Assembly (NCBI GenBank): GCA_028023455.1
Contig: JAQFVV010000005.1
Coordinates: 16,678,001 to 16,742,000, forward strand
From: Epiperipatus broadwayi
Taxonomy: Eukaryota; Animalia; Onychophora
Length of the DNA stretch: 64,000 bases
Direction: 5' to 3'
The position numbers were made by a program, and so were the translations under genes. This document shows, in pieces, positions 41,250-54,979 of this stretch. Positions within the stretch are counted from its first letter, which is position 1; every line of letters begins with the position of its first letter. Under the pieces are notes generated by a model that did no database searches, was not told the origin of the DNA, and saw only the letters and a list, made by a program, of their open reading frames with translations.

Positions 41250-41730
41250 TCCAAGTTTAATCCATTTTGACCACTAGTCATTATCCTCTAGTCAACTTCT
41301 TTATTTCATCCATCCATTTTATTTATGATCTCCTTCTAGATATTGTACAATTTTCCAAATCCAATTTAAAACTTCAAGTCCATCTATTTTCATCTTTTCT
41401 AGCAATATGCCCAGTTCAGCTCCATTTAACTTTCTTAATTCTTTCAATATTGTTAGTGATGTTTTTGATCTCTTCTTATAACTTTCATCCCTCCAAACTT
41501 CATTCAATGGTCTGAAGTCTCCACTTTGCTCTTTTGTTAAATATCCATTTTTCAGGTCCACATTCAAGTACTAAAAAAACATCTATTATAAATGTTTCAT
41601 TTCAAACACATAGGCATATTATCTTTTAATACTATTATTTCTGTCAAATCACTTCATCCAAGTTTAATTCTATAATTAATTTCATCCATTGTATTTTTAT
41701 CTGCATTAACAATCTGACTAAGATATTTTG
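41250..41730 (-). mobile_element. RTE 3' fragment
   Basis: Minus-strand EINYRIKLG...NMPMCLK...NGAELGIL..KMKIDGLEVLNWI. Confidence 0.85.
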
Positions 41731-42600
41731 GAATATGGTTTTTATAAGTTGTATACTTTGAGTTTTTTTCTTGTTGGTCCTGAACTCATAATGAAACTCT
41801 CAAAAATATATTTACATCAATGAAAAAATAATAAAAAGCACATCAAATTAATTCTGAACAATATGTAAACCCATGTTTTCAAAATGTACTATTTTGCATT
41901 AAAATTACTCAATGATTTGTCTTTTCCATTTTATGTTCAACAAACTAATGTTCAAATATTCTATACTTCATCCAACTTGTTTTTGCAGCAACATAGGTTT
42001 GATACTACATCAGCAATACATTTTAATAATTTTAATTTTAAGATATTTATAGATAAGTTTGGCTGGCTTCTCTCAGTCAACAAATAGTTAAGAAAAAAGA
42101 TTCATATATTTCAAAAGCTTAACTGACAAGATTTAGTCAGATATAAAACAAAAGAAAAGGCCCTGCCCAAATGTAAAATTTTTAAAGAATAAAACATTCA
42201 TAATCAAACTATTGTTGATATGAAAAAAGGCATTGCAAATTACTATAATTTAAACTATAAGCATAATTGTGGCTGGTCTACAGAGCTGCAGCTCTCCCAG
42301 AAAAAACAATTAAATTTGTGCTTGAAAACATCAATAATGTAACAATCATTCAATATTTTGCATAATTATTATATAATTACACCTAATTAAACTGTGCTGT
42401 TATTATTTTAAGTAATGCTTGAGATTCTGTTCAAAGACACCGCTAGTAATAAGAGTTCCAGAAATATTGTATTTGATGAATTGCAACAAGTTCTGCTGAG
42501 ATTCATTTGCTTTCATCAATGTACATAACTAGTGTCATTGGAGCTGCTCACTGCTGCAGCGTCAATAGTTATTTGAGTATGATATATTAATCTACTCTGA

Positions 42601-42720
42601 TAACACAGAGGCAAAATTCTACATACAATAATGCCACTCAGTGCACTACTGTATGGAGAGTTTTGCCTCTGTGTTAACAGTTTGTGTAGGCATATGGAAT
42701 GGTGATCATGTGATGTTTAT
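42601..42720. mobile_element. Short family A fold-back
   Basis: TAACACAGAGGCAAAA...TTTTGCCTCTGTGTTAA hairpin plus about 45 nt tail ending GGTGATCATGTGATGTTTATT; weak 10 bp flanking repeat. Confidence 0.8.
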
Positions 42721-43031
42721 TCTGGTTCCTCTTTAGAACAAACAAATTTTTGTTTTCATTTAGGATGAGTAATAAATATTCTGTTTTTTCTTCTTCTTAT
42801 AATAAATACTTATAAATTAAGGTGTAAATATTATTACAAAAAAATATAATAAAAGAAATATTATTTTAAATATTTATCACGATGGGAGTTAGTGTTAAAT
42901 ATATATTAAAAAAAGTTATATTTTCCTAATTGTCATTGCATAAGAAAATTGAAATAAAAAATAAAGGTCGATTTACTCCAACTATTATTATTTGACAAAC
43001 CATAGTTAGTAAAAATAAAAAATACATTAAG

Positions 43032-43133
43032 TTTTTTTTTTTTTTCATGCGTCAAAGCGTTGACCGGGAAGCGAACCCGGGCCAGCTGCTTGGAAGGCAG
43101 CTATGCTAACCACAAGGCCACCAACGCTTGACA
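43032..43133 (-). mobile_element. Full-length tRNA-Gly(TCC)-derived SINE / retroposed tRNA
   Basis: tRNA body 43056-43127 (GCGTTGG...CTTCCAA...GGTTCGCTTCCCGGTCAACGC) with altered D-arm and A58->C; 6 nt leader, TTTGACGCATG+(A)14 tail, 14 bp TSD ACATTA(A/G)GTTTTTT at 43024-43037 and 43134-43147. Confidence 0.88.
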
Positions 43134-43362
43134 ACATTAGGTTTTTTAAACAATAATTGATATGAAAAAATAAAATGATTGTTTGGTTGCAAAATTAAAA
43201 ATTCTCTGTTTTGTTTTCCTTGCTTATTTTTTGGTAGTGATAATAAAGCACCCATACTAAAAAATTTCATGAGCCACCACTATATAAGTATCAAATTTCT
43301 TGCCTCACATATTGAACAACATAATACTTTAAATAAATACATTAATGATTATTAATAATCAT

Positions 43363-43752
43363 TTATTAGGTTAGAGAATATATTATTTTGGCCCAGATTT
43401 TAATTTTAAACTTAATTAAAGATTAATATATCTATTCTTATTAAATACAATCACATGGTATCATTATATCCAATTCAAACCCTATTTTTCCACGTGTAAT
43501 ATTTTAATAACCTTCAATTTTCCCCATCCTACACACACACATGCATCATGCACATAAATAAAAATATCTAAAAAGACTTTTTAAATATCTTTATTCATAT
43601 GCTTGAAGTATATAAGGCATATATATTTTTAGTATATCTCCAGTAATACATATAACAAAAATGGAGTGATGGAGTTGGATTAATGATATCATGTGATTGT
43701 ATTTAATAAGAAGAGATATACTAATCTTTAATTAAGTTTAAAGTTAATATCT
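43363..43752. mobile_element. Fold-back element, family C (tail-arm-spacer-arm)
   Basis: About 80 bp inverted arms (43395-43477 / 43673-43752), 32 nt left tail, imperfect 14 bp flanking repeat; a solo tail+arm copy lies at about 6010-6140. Confidence 0.75.
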
Positions 43753-43819
43753 TTATTAACAATGATATAATAATCTCTAGTCTAATAAACGATTAGCAAA
43801 AATCATTAATGCATTTGAC

Positions 43820-43900
43820 TTAAGTGGATGCTGTCACGTGCGAATGCAAGAAATTTGACAGTTGTAAATGAAATGACATACGAAAGATTATGACGTGACG
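43820..43900. promoter_or_regulatory. Cluster of E-box and CRE-like motifs
   Basis: GTCACGTG and ATGACGTGACGTAA in a CpG-retaining patch. Confidence 0.3.
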
Positions 43901-44599
43901 TAAATGAAATTGTCTTAGTTTAACAGAAATGCATTTTGGTGATTATTTACCCTTTACAGATATCTTTATTTATTTAGAAACTTTAAGCATACATAAAGGC
44001 AGTAACTTATATATTTCTTAATTATTTCTATTTATTCTTTTGTAGATTTTTATTATTTTTTTATTATTGACTTTCGTTCACGATGTTTTATATATATAAA
44101 ATCAATACAATATTTCTTATTCACAGGTTTTATTGATTTTTATGTGACTATTCATTAATAGCTGCCTTTGAAAATTTGTTAAAAAGGTAAATTTAAAATC
44201 AATTAAAAACCCATTAATAAAATGATCATTGTTTTCTAATTTAAGACTTGCTTTCAAATCCACATAATAAAGATGTTCAATTTTATTTGCACAGATATAT
44301 ATGCAATTATATGGTTAAGTGCTTCAATATCCTGGTGGTAGATAAAACATTTTACAATTTTATTTATTTATGCTGAACTAAGTTTCTTTTATGTTATTCG
44401 GCTGAAAATCAATAATGAAATCTTTAGTTTCAAATTTACCAATGTACAGCTAAGTTAAACAATGTAGGATGATGTTCTCCAATTGGTCATTCTAAATAAT
44501 ATATCAGAGGCACTTTCATCTGACCGACTCCAATGTTACTGACCTTTTAGAGCCATATAGGAATTCAATTATCAAAAGCAGGAGTTTTTCTTAGTTTTT

Positions 44600-45112
44600 T
44601 AAAATGCAATACCTATTAATAATAATAACTTGTATTTGTTCACAATAATCGATCTTGGCAATAGAATATATTTCAATTATGACAAATCACAGACATTGTT
44701 TTACCAGTTCTTACTTTTGAAACTGATACCTGTACATTTAACAGTAGAACAATATAAAGACTTTAGATCACTCAGTGAAGTATGTAGAAATGTATGTTAG
44801 AAGCTGCAAAAAGAGATTATAAATGAAATGCATGGGTGGAAGAACAAATAAGTTTCACTGACTGCATTAAAAGAATTAAGAAATTAAATTGAAACTGAGG
44901 TAGACATATTTTTAAATGAAATGCCAGATAAAAAGTTAACATTTTAAATTGGATCCAAAGGGATTGTAAAAGACTTAAAGAGGCCTCTTGTGAGATGGAT
45001 GGATGAAATAAGTGTTTGCCATTGTATTGTAGGGAGTAAAAAATAAGAATCAGAGTAACAATATTAAATTTGGAGAGACCTTCATTCTTCTGAAATGATG
45101 GTGATAATGATT
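44600..45112 (+). mobile_element. RTE 3' fragment
   Basis: VLPVLTFETDTCTF...LNWIQRDCKR...GETFIL and (TGA)n tail remnant. Confidence 0.85.
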
Positions 45113-47454
45113 ATAGTTATTAGACTGGTCCAACCATAAAAATAGAAAAAGTTGTCCCTTACACTGATAGCCTACTGTTTTGCTTACTATAACAATTTCC
45201 ATAAGATTTCTATATTATAGGTGGCAGTGATATCTGCAAGGCTAGTAATCATTGTGCTATTGCTGATGTGGTTGTCATGGTTACTACAGCACAATACTTT
45301 CACCTCACACAATGTGAATTCAGTTTTTTCACTAGACAAAATAGATATCTTAAAATGTTCAACAAGTTGTTGATGAACATAATACTATTGTTCTAGCAAT
45401 AATTCATTATTACTTGTGGAATAGTAAGAAGTCATTCACCACCTACACATTAATATCTCCAGCTGAACTGAATGCACTGAAAATTATTTTAGCAAAGTAA
45501 CTCACATAGTCATGTCATAAACAAATATAGCATAATATGTATGTGGAAATATTTATAAAATAAAAAATATATAGTAATTTCTCATTTCATTCACTTATCT
45601 ACAGTTTGAAAAAGTATTAAATAAAAAACTATAAATTTGAATTCATAATTTTCATATATTTATGTTCATATATATAAGCTCTAGCACAAATATTCACTCT
45701 TTTCCTCACCTTGCACACTGAGTGATCATCTGAGTGATCATCTGATTGCTCTTTCTCTAAAATTACTACTGTAATGCTCACACAACTGAATTATTCTATT
45801 TTTTTTATTAATTATGTTTGTTGATATATAAATATATATTCTTAAAAATTAAGTTATTCTGTGTGTATTTATCCATGGTTTCAATATTATGAAAAGACTT
45901 AAAAATCAAATGTCAGTGGATATGGGGAAAATTGCAATAAATTTAATACTTAATCTTGGTAAACAGTATTCCCCCCCATGAAAATGCATAAACAAATATG
46001 GGATTTTGCATAATTTATTTATTTAATCATTATGGTTAATTATGACAAGATCAATGTGCTGTCATACATAGATAGCAATCTGTGGAGACTAACTCTGGTT
46101 ATTATAATTACGTTGCTTTCCTCAAGTATGGAAATGTTCAGATTCATTTTAAGTGCTTCAGATACTATATCCTTGCATATCAGAAATAAAAGGATTTAAC
46201 AGATAGAGTCTCAGTCCTCATAGTCCTCCAACTCTCAGATACAATTTCAATTGATCAAATTAAAGTTGTTTACTTTTTTTCCCCATCTTCCATCACCATT
46301 AAGTGATCCAGGCATACTTTCTCACTGAAGACACTTATCACATGATAGATTCTATGAATGATATTAAACCTGTAAGATCTCTTTGAATAAGTATCAATAA
46401 AAGCTCAAGTTCAATTTGCAAATATTTATATAAAACAGACATATTAAAATATTGATTTAGTGAATATGCATGCTAAACGTATTATGACAATATACATAAA
46501 AATGATGGAGCAATTTCAAGCACAACACATATAATATGTACAAATTAATGAACATTACTTGATATGAGTTTATGCAATGTTTTTCCTACCCCAATGATGC
46601 CACCTATAATAAGTCTGTGTAATCAGTACACACTAAATGATATCATTTATTAAATCTTTGCCCAGTGCTATCTTAACAATCCTGCAGATGCCTGCACTTG
46701 TTAAAAAAGTGAATATAGGAAAATATATAATTAATGAACTGATATTAATTCTACAAAAACTATGCAAGAAAGTAGGTCTGAATTCAAAACATTAAGGTGT
46801 TTTTTTTATCATTTCAGACTGGTAACTTGATAGTAAAAAAAGAATACAAGACTGCTGGATGAAAACTGCATTAGATTTAAAATATCTAGATGCACTGAAT
46901 CCACACCCAAAACTTTGACTGATAAATTAGAAACTAAACTGGGAATGTGGATGTGATAACACTGGCTAAGGATTTAAGTAATCGCTAGCATCTGTTAATT
47001 ATTCAACTTGCAAAAATGGAAGAATTTGTATTGAAAGCTTAAAGATTGCTTTTGAAAAATTATATGATGAACAGACAATATTAAAAACTAATGTGAGACT
47101 AGTTTGAAGTCCTCATCCTTTTTGTATATAATAGATACAACTGGAATCGTATTCCTTCTGGGAACTAGACCCATGTTTCTGATAATGATTATTAAACAAA
47201 AGATTTTTTTTAAAAAAATATCTATTTTAGAACATCTGTAAACAGTTCAGATGTTACTCTAATAAGATTCATTTATGGACAAGGATTGCCTATAATCAAT
47301 AAATCTATTTGCATTATGAACATAATTTATGTCTAAAATATGCAAAAACTTGAACATACCAAAATACTTTAAAAAAAAAAAAAGTTTTCTATATTTTATT
47401 ATGAAAATATATTTTGATTTTTTTATGCAAGAGTAATATAGAGACTTCAAACCA

Positions 47455-47745
47455 AAGGTTAAAATATGAAAAGAGATATACTAGAAATAACATACATGAA
47501 TAATAGGTATCAGTAACATCAATGAATTGGACCAGATGCGTTGCTAGAAAAAATGACAATAAATGAAAAGTTGAAGTCTTACATTGGATGCCAAGAGATT
47601 ATAAAAGATATAAAAAAGGTCATTCATAAGATGGATAAATGAGATAAGAGAGTTTTACCAAGGTAATGGAAAAAAGAAAAGCTATGGATTAGAGAAAACT
47701 TAAAGAGGTCTTCATTCTGCAATGGATAGCTTTCTAAAGAATGAT
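47455..47745 (+). mobile_element. RTE 3' fragment
   Basis: MNWTRCVARKNDNK...LHWMPRDYKR. Confidence 0.8.
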
Positions 47746-48924
47746 ATATGATAATCTTTTTATCTAAAGTCAAGTATGTCAACTAAGCAACAATCATTAT
47801 CATCTCCTGTAGTTTACTATAGATTAATACAATTACATTAGGCCATCTAATATTTAGAGTTACACCATAAAATTTTATAATCTCATATCATCAAGATAGA
47901 TAGATAAAAATGCTGAATCTGCTTAAATAATGACCAAATACACTGATAGATCATGTGACCACATGCATGTCATGTGATCATAAAAGAAATATGATTCTGT
48001 CTTCTCAGCATCTAAATAATATATTGTTTTGAAAATTAAATATATTATTCTTATTGTCATCCCATAGATCTGGTGAGCTTTTTCTGGCTGGAGAAACATA
48101 TCTAAAAATCAAATTGTTTGTCACATATGAGGTTATTAGACATTTGAGCCCTGGAAATGTCATATTGATCTGCAATACCATAGAACTTAAGTAAGCTAGG
48201 TTCATCACTCTATCATTATACCAAACCAATGAATGGGCTGTGCTGCAGTCCATACATTTTTAGCCTGAATCACAACTCTAAATTGTTAAAGAATGAGATG
48301 GAGGAAATTATTTGATGACTTGTGTAAGAGAGGGAGAGTTAAAAAAGAATGTAGAAACTACTAAAAAACCATTTCCACTTTCTGTCTATAAAAAGCACTA
48401 AAGTTCATAAACAATATTTTTGAAATAGGCATCATACATAAAATACCCTTGTTAAATGTCAAGATTTTTTTATGTTTAAATAGACATGCCTCTGAGATGT
48501 TCAACACATGTAGAAGTAAAAGGATTTCCAGAGCAAAATAAAATTGTCATTTCTGGTATTTGAATGTAACCTTACCTCCCATGCAACCATTCATCTGATT
48601 ATTATTTTTATTAAGAAATAAATCTTCTTATTCCAAATAATAAATGAATAGGATTAGCCTGGGCTAAAGTAAGTGTGCCAAAAATTTTAAGACCTGGAGG
48701 TGTTTGCTTTGAATGACATCAGAAAATTATAAAAAGACTTTACAATAAGAAAATAAAAGAATTATGGGTTGTCTTTAAAAGGGAAAAACTAGTTACAGAT
48801 TTATTGTTATTATAATTATATTTAACTATTTCTTGCTGAAATTTGCAAAACAAGCTTTAAAAAACTTATAGAAAAATAACTGAATAATTTTATTGCTTAG
48901 GAGTTCATAAAAAGTTTGAATACC

Positions 48925-49001
48925 AGAAGTGACCAGTTCTGGAGTTGGATCCATGGACCTGAACTCCAGAGCCAGCCACTTTGTCACTACACAAACCACG
49001 C
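48925..49001 (-). mobile_element. Degenerate tRNA-like SINE head
   Basis: Minus strand GCGTGGTTTGTGTAGTG...GGATCCAACTCC (A-box-like and B-box-like). Confidence 0.35.
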
Positions 49002-52000
49002 AAAACAAAAAGTATATTTATTATATAAATATAGCTTGATATACTTATTCAGACATGGATATTATTAAACTTCTGCAGAGAATAAATAGATCGTGAAGTC
49101 GGCTAATATCACAAAGTCGCCCACATACCAATAAAGACAATAAAGATTTACGCCTCTGTATTATGATTCCAAAAAAAATGTAATCAAATAACGATTCATC
49201 AAACAAGTTTGCAATATCATCCGCATTTACTATGCATAATTAAACGCCACAGCAGAGTGGTGGAGTAGGGATACGGATCGCGGCTCAGCTCTGTCACTTC
49301 CAGATCACGAACTTCTGATGAATTCCTAAGCAATAAACAATTAGATTATTAATTTATTATCACTCAAATACTAATTCTGTTATTTAGTCAAATCAAATTA
49401 AAAAAAGCAAAGATGTGCAGATTAAACAGTTTGACAAACAAGAAGCGTAGACGTATAACTTTTAAACATAGCTGTGAGTAAAAATTCAAAAATGCTAAAA
49501 TAAGGTTTGTAAAGAAGATGCAAACAATGTCTAGCTATCAAAGATGATAATGATCGCACATAATCACTATCTTGAAAGACGTTATTGTTTAATAGAAAAT
49601 ATACGATTTAAAATTTGCTAAAAAATGGTAGATTTTAACCCTTAATTCACCCTTACGTATATATTTTTCATTCAAAACAAACAGCTTGAAAAACAATATT
49701 TATCGTCTTTGATTTTTTAGGCAAATGCAGACCTGTAACTATTACAGCCACATTTATTAATTAAGCTTCTCTTCTCAACAGTTATCATCACAGACCTTCT
49801 AGATAAAGCTGTATATTATCTTACAAGCCACATTGATCTATTAATAAACTCAATGCCCGCCCTCCTTCAACATTTACCATCATTGCTTTTCTATACAAAC
49901 CAGACTCAGATATATTATAGGCCACAATGATCTATTAAGCCTCTCCTTCTCCCCCAACATTTATTATCATTGATCTTTTAGGCAAATGCAAACTTGTACC
50001 TCTCATAGGCCACATTGATTTATTAATCCCCATTTTCGTCCGTCCCCCCCCCAAATAAGTATCTAAAACTTTTTTCATTAACAGAATCTATTAATTTATA
50101 TAGTAGTTTAATACTTCGTATTACCTCACAGTTTTCTCTCTAAGTACAATCGTTCATAAACATATGTACATCAAATATTTGTTTTCAATCCAAAATTTTG
50201 TAATCTTTAATAAAATCAATAAACACTAGACGTCAGCATGTCCAAATTTTTTTTTATTATTATTAATTTTTATATAATTGGCCTTTTAAAAAATCTTACT
50301 GCATTTCAATACATATCTGATAACATGACTTCGTTAACAGTTTGATTATAAAATGTGAAGAAAAATATTACTACTTTCTGATGTAAACTAGTTAAATTTT
50401 ATTCACAATGAGTTAATAGCGTGCTTAAGTGCATGCTCAAAACAACAATAAATTAAACGTACGCTTATTGCTCTGTTAAATGAACAGTCAGAAAACACAT
50501 ATTGATATTTTTCATTAGAGATTATCCAATAATGAATAATATTTCTGAAGTGTAACACTACTCTCACATATCTTTGGTCATGTGTTTATGACGTTCGAAA
50601 CCAGTTCCTACCTTGCGTATGAATGATGTAATGAAAATTAACACTACAGAAATATTATTCATTATTGAACAATATCTAGCCTATTGATTGACTAATAAAA
50701 ATTATTAATATACTTTCAATAAATGATTTGTGTCAAAGTTGTGAGTGCAGCACATTTGACGCATCAATTAATCTGTAGTAATTTGTTATATATATATATA
50801 CTGAACAATAATAAAAATATAGGTAAGAGATTGTGGTCTGGGCCAACTGATAAGTGATGCTTCTGCATGAAATGTCATCTTGGGAATCGTAGATTTTTTC
50901 ACGTATCTTGGTTATATGTTTATGATTACATTCCTCCACAAGACGTTAAAAGTGGATAGAAATCAGGCCTTACTACAGAAATATTATTTGTCAGAGAGCA
51001 TGCTTAACATTTCTAAAGAGTCTCTTGTTTAAATACATTTTGGTCAACAGCAAAAAATATTATCATTACCAATAATACTTATCCCCACTACTAATACAAA
51101 TTATTTTAACATAGCATGTTTATACCACAATTATGCACTGTATGACTGACTATCTTAATATACATTATATAATATGTAAAATGGCTTCTCTTTAGACAAA
51201 ATCAAAAGTTTCTGAGTGTAGACCCTATTCTCAGAGATTCTGTTAATAATGTGGAACATTTCAAATTATCTCAGAGATTAATGTGGAACATTTCAAACTA
51301 TCATGTAACACAGTAAACTCAACTATTTCTATCACCAATGCTTTTGTCAGCACAGACCCATTTATTTTTCTTCATGTTCATTAATTCCAATTCTTGATAT
51401 AAAAGCCTGAATAAATAGTCTCCATACAATCTTTTATATTTTTATTTTTATTCTTGTATAACTCTAAATTACTTTCTATTAACATTTTTTCTGTAACTAT
51501 ATTTTTTCTCATCTATTTATCTATTCTCTTTTAAAAACAATTATCTTCACTTCTGTAAGCTTGAATAATCAGTGAACTCTGGATAGTGCTGTCCTAGAAT
51601 GATAGATTCTGAAACAAATGATACCTGAATCACGGCAACTCTACTTCTTCCAGTACACGAATTTTTTATGAACTTCCAAGCAATAAATCATTTGATTATT
51701 TTTTTGTTAAATTTGGTGGCCTGTGTCATGATTACTTCATGCTTTAAGATTCAAATTGTCTTAAATTTGATGTTCATTTGAAATGACCATTACACATTGT
51801 TAAAATATACTAGCTATTAGTTCAATAGTAATTAATAAAAATATTACCATAAAACTATTATTTTGATAAAGTTGGTTATTTTAATGTGATATAAAATTTT
51901 GTAAAGTAAGTAACATTGGTGATTTGATTGGCTGGTTACTCGCTACAACAATTTTCAGAAAAAAAACTGAAACTTTTAAAAACATCTATCATTTTAAAAA

Positions 52001-52249
52001 AAGTGATAACAATTTCCTAAAGTCGGTGATCTCATTGAATAGTGACTTAATTAAACCTATGACATCCAAGGAGAAAATGTCAACATTATGCTAAAAAACA
52101 TTCAAAGCAGAGTTTATTTGTTATACAGAATACAATATAATTTGATTTTAGAGATAAATGTAGTTGGCTAATTTTCATCTAATATCCTTATAAAACAATT
52201 AATGTTTTCATTTATGACATATCAAAAATAAAAAAGACTTTCATTGTTG

Positions 52250-52325
52250 TTTTTTTCTCATGTGTCATAGCATCAGCCAGGAAGTGAACCGGCTAACCTG
52301 GACAACTACTTGTAAAGCAGCTGTC
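52250..52325 (-). mobile_element. Decayed tRNA-Gly SINE copy
   Basis: Minus strand ...GGTTCACTTCCTGGCTGATGC-TATGACACATGAG(A)n, same tail and C58 as the other copies. Confidence 0.7.
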
Positions 52326-54930
52326 AAAGTAAAAAATGAAGTTTTCATTCATACTGCGATCATGCACAATAACAAAGCACTGTTCATTAATATATTTTAA
52401 AATGTGTGCATTAGCTAAAATATATTCATTCAATCAATTTTATATTAAAATTCTTATGAATATTAATTTCATTCATAGAAAAAAGTGATCATTGGTAGTC
52501 TAAATTATTTTGAATTTTAAAAAATGAGAAAAAAATGATTTCATGCATTATGCAATTAATAGTCAACTTTACATGATCAAACATTGATAAATATAAGTTA
52601 AATATATCATTTATTTGCCTAATTTTAAGTCAGTAATCTTGTAATTTGATTGAGACATATCCATGATCATGTGACTTTTATTACAAATATAAAAAATATA
52701 CTATCAGCCAAAAACAGATTTAATAATTAATATTGTTAAAGCTTATTAACTGCATATTACATTTCTTTATCTAATTTTGGTTGTCTTTATGTATATTTGT
52801 GAACTGTTGTTTTAAAAAAATAATAGAAATGCAAAAAAATCAAAATTTTATTAATTAAATGGTACAAATGTAAAAAACTTTGATAATAAATTATATAAAG
52901 TGCAAAAATAAATTTTAATATATATATTGCTTTTTTTTTCTATACAATTTATTTTAATTTAATGAATTATGATTCAATGAATATCATTCTCACATTATTT
53001 ATGAAACAAAACAACCAGATCATCAATTAAAAAATTTTAATTTTTACTAAAAAAAAAAAAAGTATATATACTGAAATGTTTTTACACATTTACCCAAAGG
53101 TTATTATTTTTTTAACAATATGCTCAGTAAAATTTTTAGTCATTAATTATCACTTTTTTTTTCAATTTCAAGCTTTAATGTTTAATCATATTTTTAAATA
53201 TTTTGATTTAAAGGTAACAAATTATTTTTTTTTTGCCATAGGGACTTATAATAATGATTTGCCTTTTTATTAGAGATTTTTTCTTTATAAGACTTTCTGA
53301 TAAACCAATTGTCCTCACTAACCAATGTAAAGATGTATTTATTCCAGTTTAACAGAATTTATATTTAGATGTGTTAACCATAAACAAACTACAAGGTTTG
53401 CTATTATACTTGAGCATATTTGAAACAAATGTAGTGGATACAAGGAGATACTTGTACTTATAATACTTGATATTAGATTTTAAATTTTATTTATTAACAA
53501 AGTTAAAAATAGTCAAATCTCTTTGAGTAAAAAAAAAGTTGAGATAATAATAAAAAATCAAATTTTATATTAAAAAAGATATAAGAAAATTTTACATTAA
53601 CAATGATAATTTAATTATAAAAAATGTTAAAAATTTGCTACCAATCCTCAGGAGTGAGTGCATAAAATTATCGCAATTGTAATAAATGCCATTTAAAAAC
53701 CATTCACTGGCAATTAATAAACCAATAAGCCTCATGATAAAGTAATTTGGACATCAGCATGCTGTACCCCTGACACAGATTCAAATCAGGAATGAAATTG
53801 GAAGATAGCTAAAGATTTTCTGAACAAAAGATCAAAAGTTTGCCCACAGTCAGTCAATGAATCTCAACCTAGTGCTTCTGGTAATTACATGTCACATGAC
53901 CTTTTAAGCAAGTAGATATTTAAATACTTTTCTTTTTTAAAGGATCTTAAATGGAAAGTAAGAGAGTAAAATTTCAGTTAATCCAATTTACTGAAATGTC
54001 TGTAAAAGTCAACATGATTGGACATTCTTCCCAGCTGATGGAAATCAACATTTATTGTCAAATCCACTGAATTACAATATATTTACAAAAATTAGACATT
54101 TAAAAAATAAATGTATTTTATATACTGCCTAATGTTTACAAAGAATAATTGAATAATACATTGAATCCATACAAACAATAATGCAGTGATAGATGGTGAA
54201 GTCAAGAACTAAAGAATTGCAGATTGTGGCTTTATCTGGTGGTTGAAAATTGTATCAAATGACCATTCAATTGTTTTAACTCTACTAATATTTACTATAA
54301 ATTATTTGAAATGAAGTCAGATGAAAGATTCTATTATATTTTTTAATTGAATTTAGCTAATAAATCCACTTTTTATATTATTTTCTTACTATAGATAGAC
54401 CATCATTAGTTAAATTTTCCAATTCCAGAGCTTCCATCTCTCATTACAAACTCAAAATTTGTGGAAAAATTAAATAAACATTAATTTTAACTATCAATAG
54501 TTTGCATATCTGTAAATATTTTTTCTATACTGTATAACTTGTTTTATTAATAACAATAATCAAAGTTTAAAACATATGATTATATTTATTATATCAGCAC
54601 AAAGATTTTATATAGCAGTATTTGATCTAAGGCAATACTTTGTAATTTTATTTGGATAATGGAAGGTCTTGATTTTATGGCTCATGGATTAAATATAATC
54701 TATTTGTATATATAATTATACACACAAAATATGAATCATGTATATAATACTAAAAAAATAAAACTGGCACCCTGATAAATTATTAAATGTAATAATCATA
54801 TAATATTTATGTATTGGACTATTTCCATCATCTAATATAAATATTGAAAGTCTTTAGAAAATTTTAACTTTATTTAAATATTCCAAATACATTCAACTGT
54901 TACTAATAGCAGTTCAAACAGGTTAATATA

Positions 54931-54979
54931 TGCACAACATTTCGAGTGGTATTATTCTCCCCTCTTCTTCAGGTGTTGC
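54931..54979 (-). ncRNA. Hammerhead motif in the left PLE arm (decayed)
   Basis: CAC-CTGAAGA-A-GAGGGG(AGAATAATA)CCACTC-GAAA-TGTT-GTG. Confidence 0.65.

Noticed and set aside
43056-43127. Functional tRNA-Gly(TCC) gene
   Set aside because: Disrupted D-stem, A14 and A58 changed, poly(A) rather than an oligo-T terminator, TSD, and sibling copies with the same tail
48005-48253. 82-aa ORF and the overlapping AG-ATCTG-GTGAG micro-exon
   Set aside because: No homology recognised; such signals arise by chance in AT-rich DNA
49251-49296. Initiator tRNA-Met-like segment
   Set aside because: Only 46 nt, no anticodon arm; the similarity could be chance
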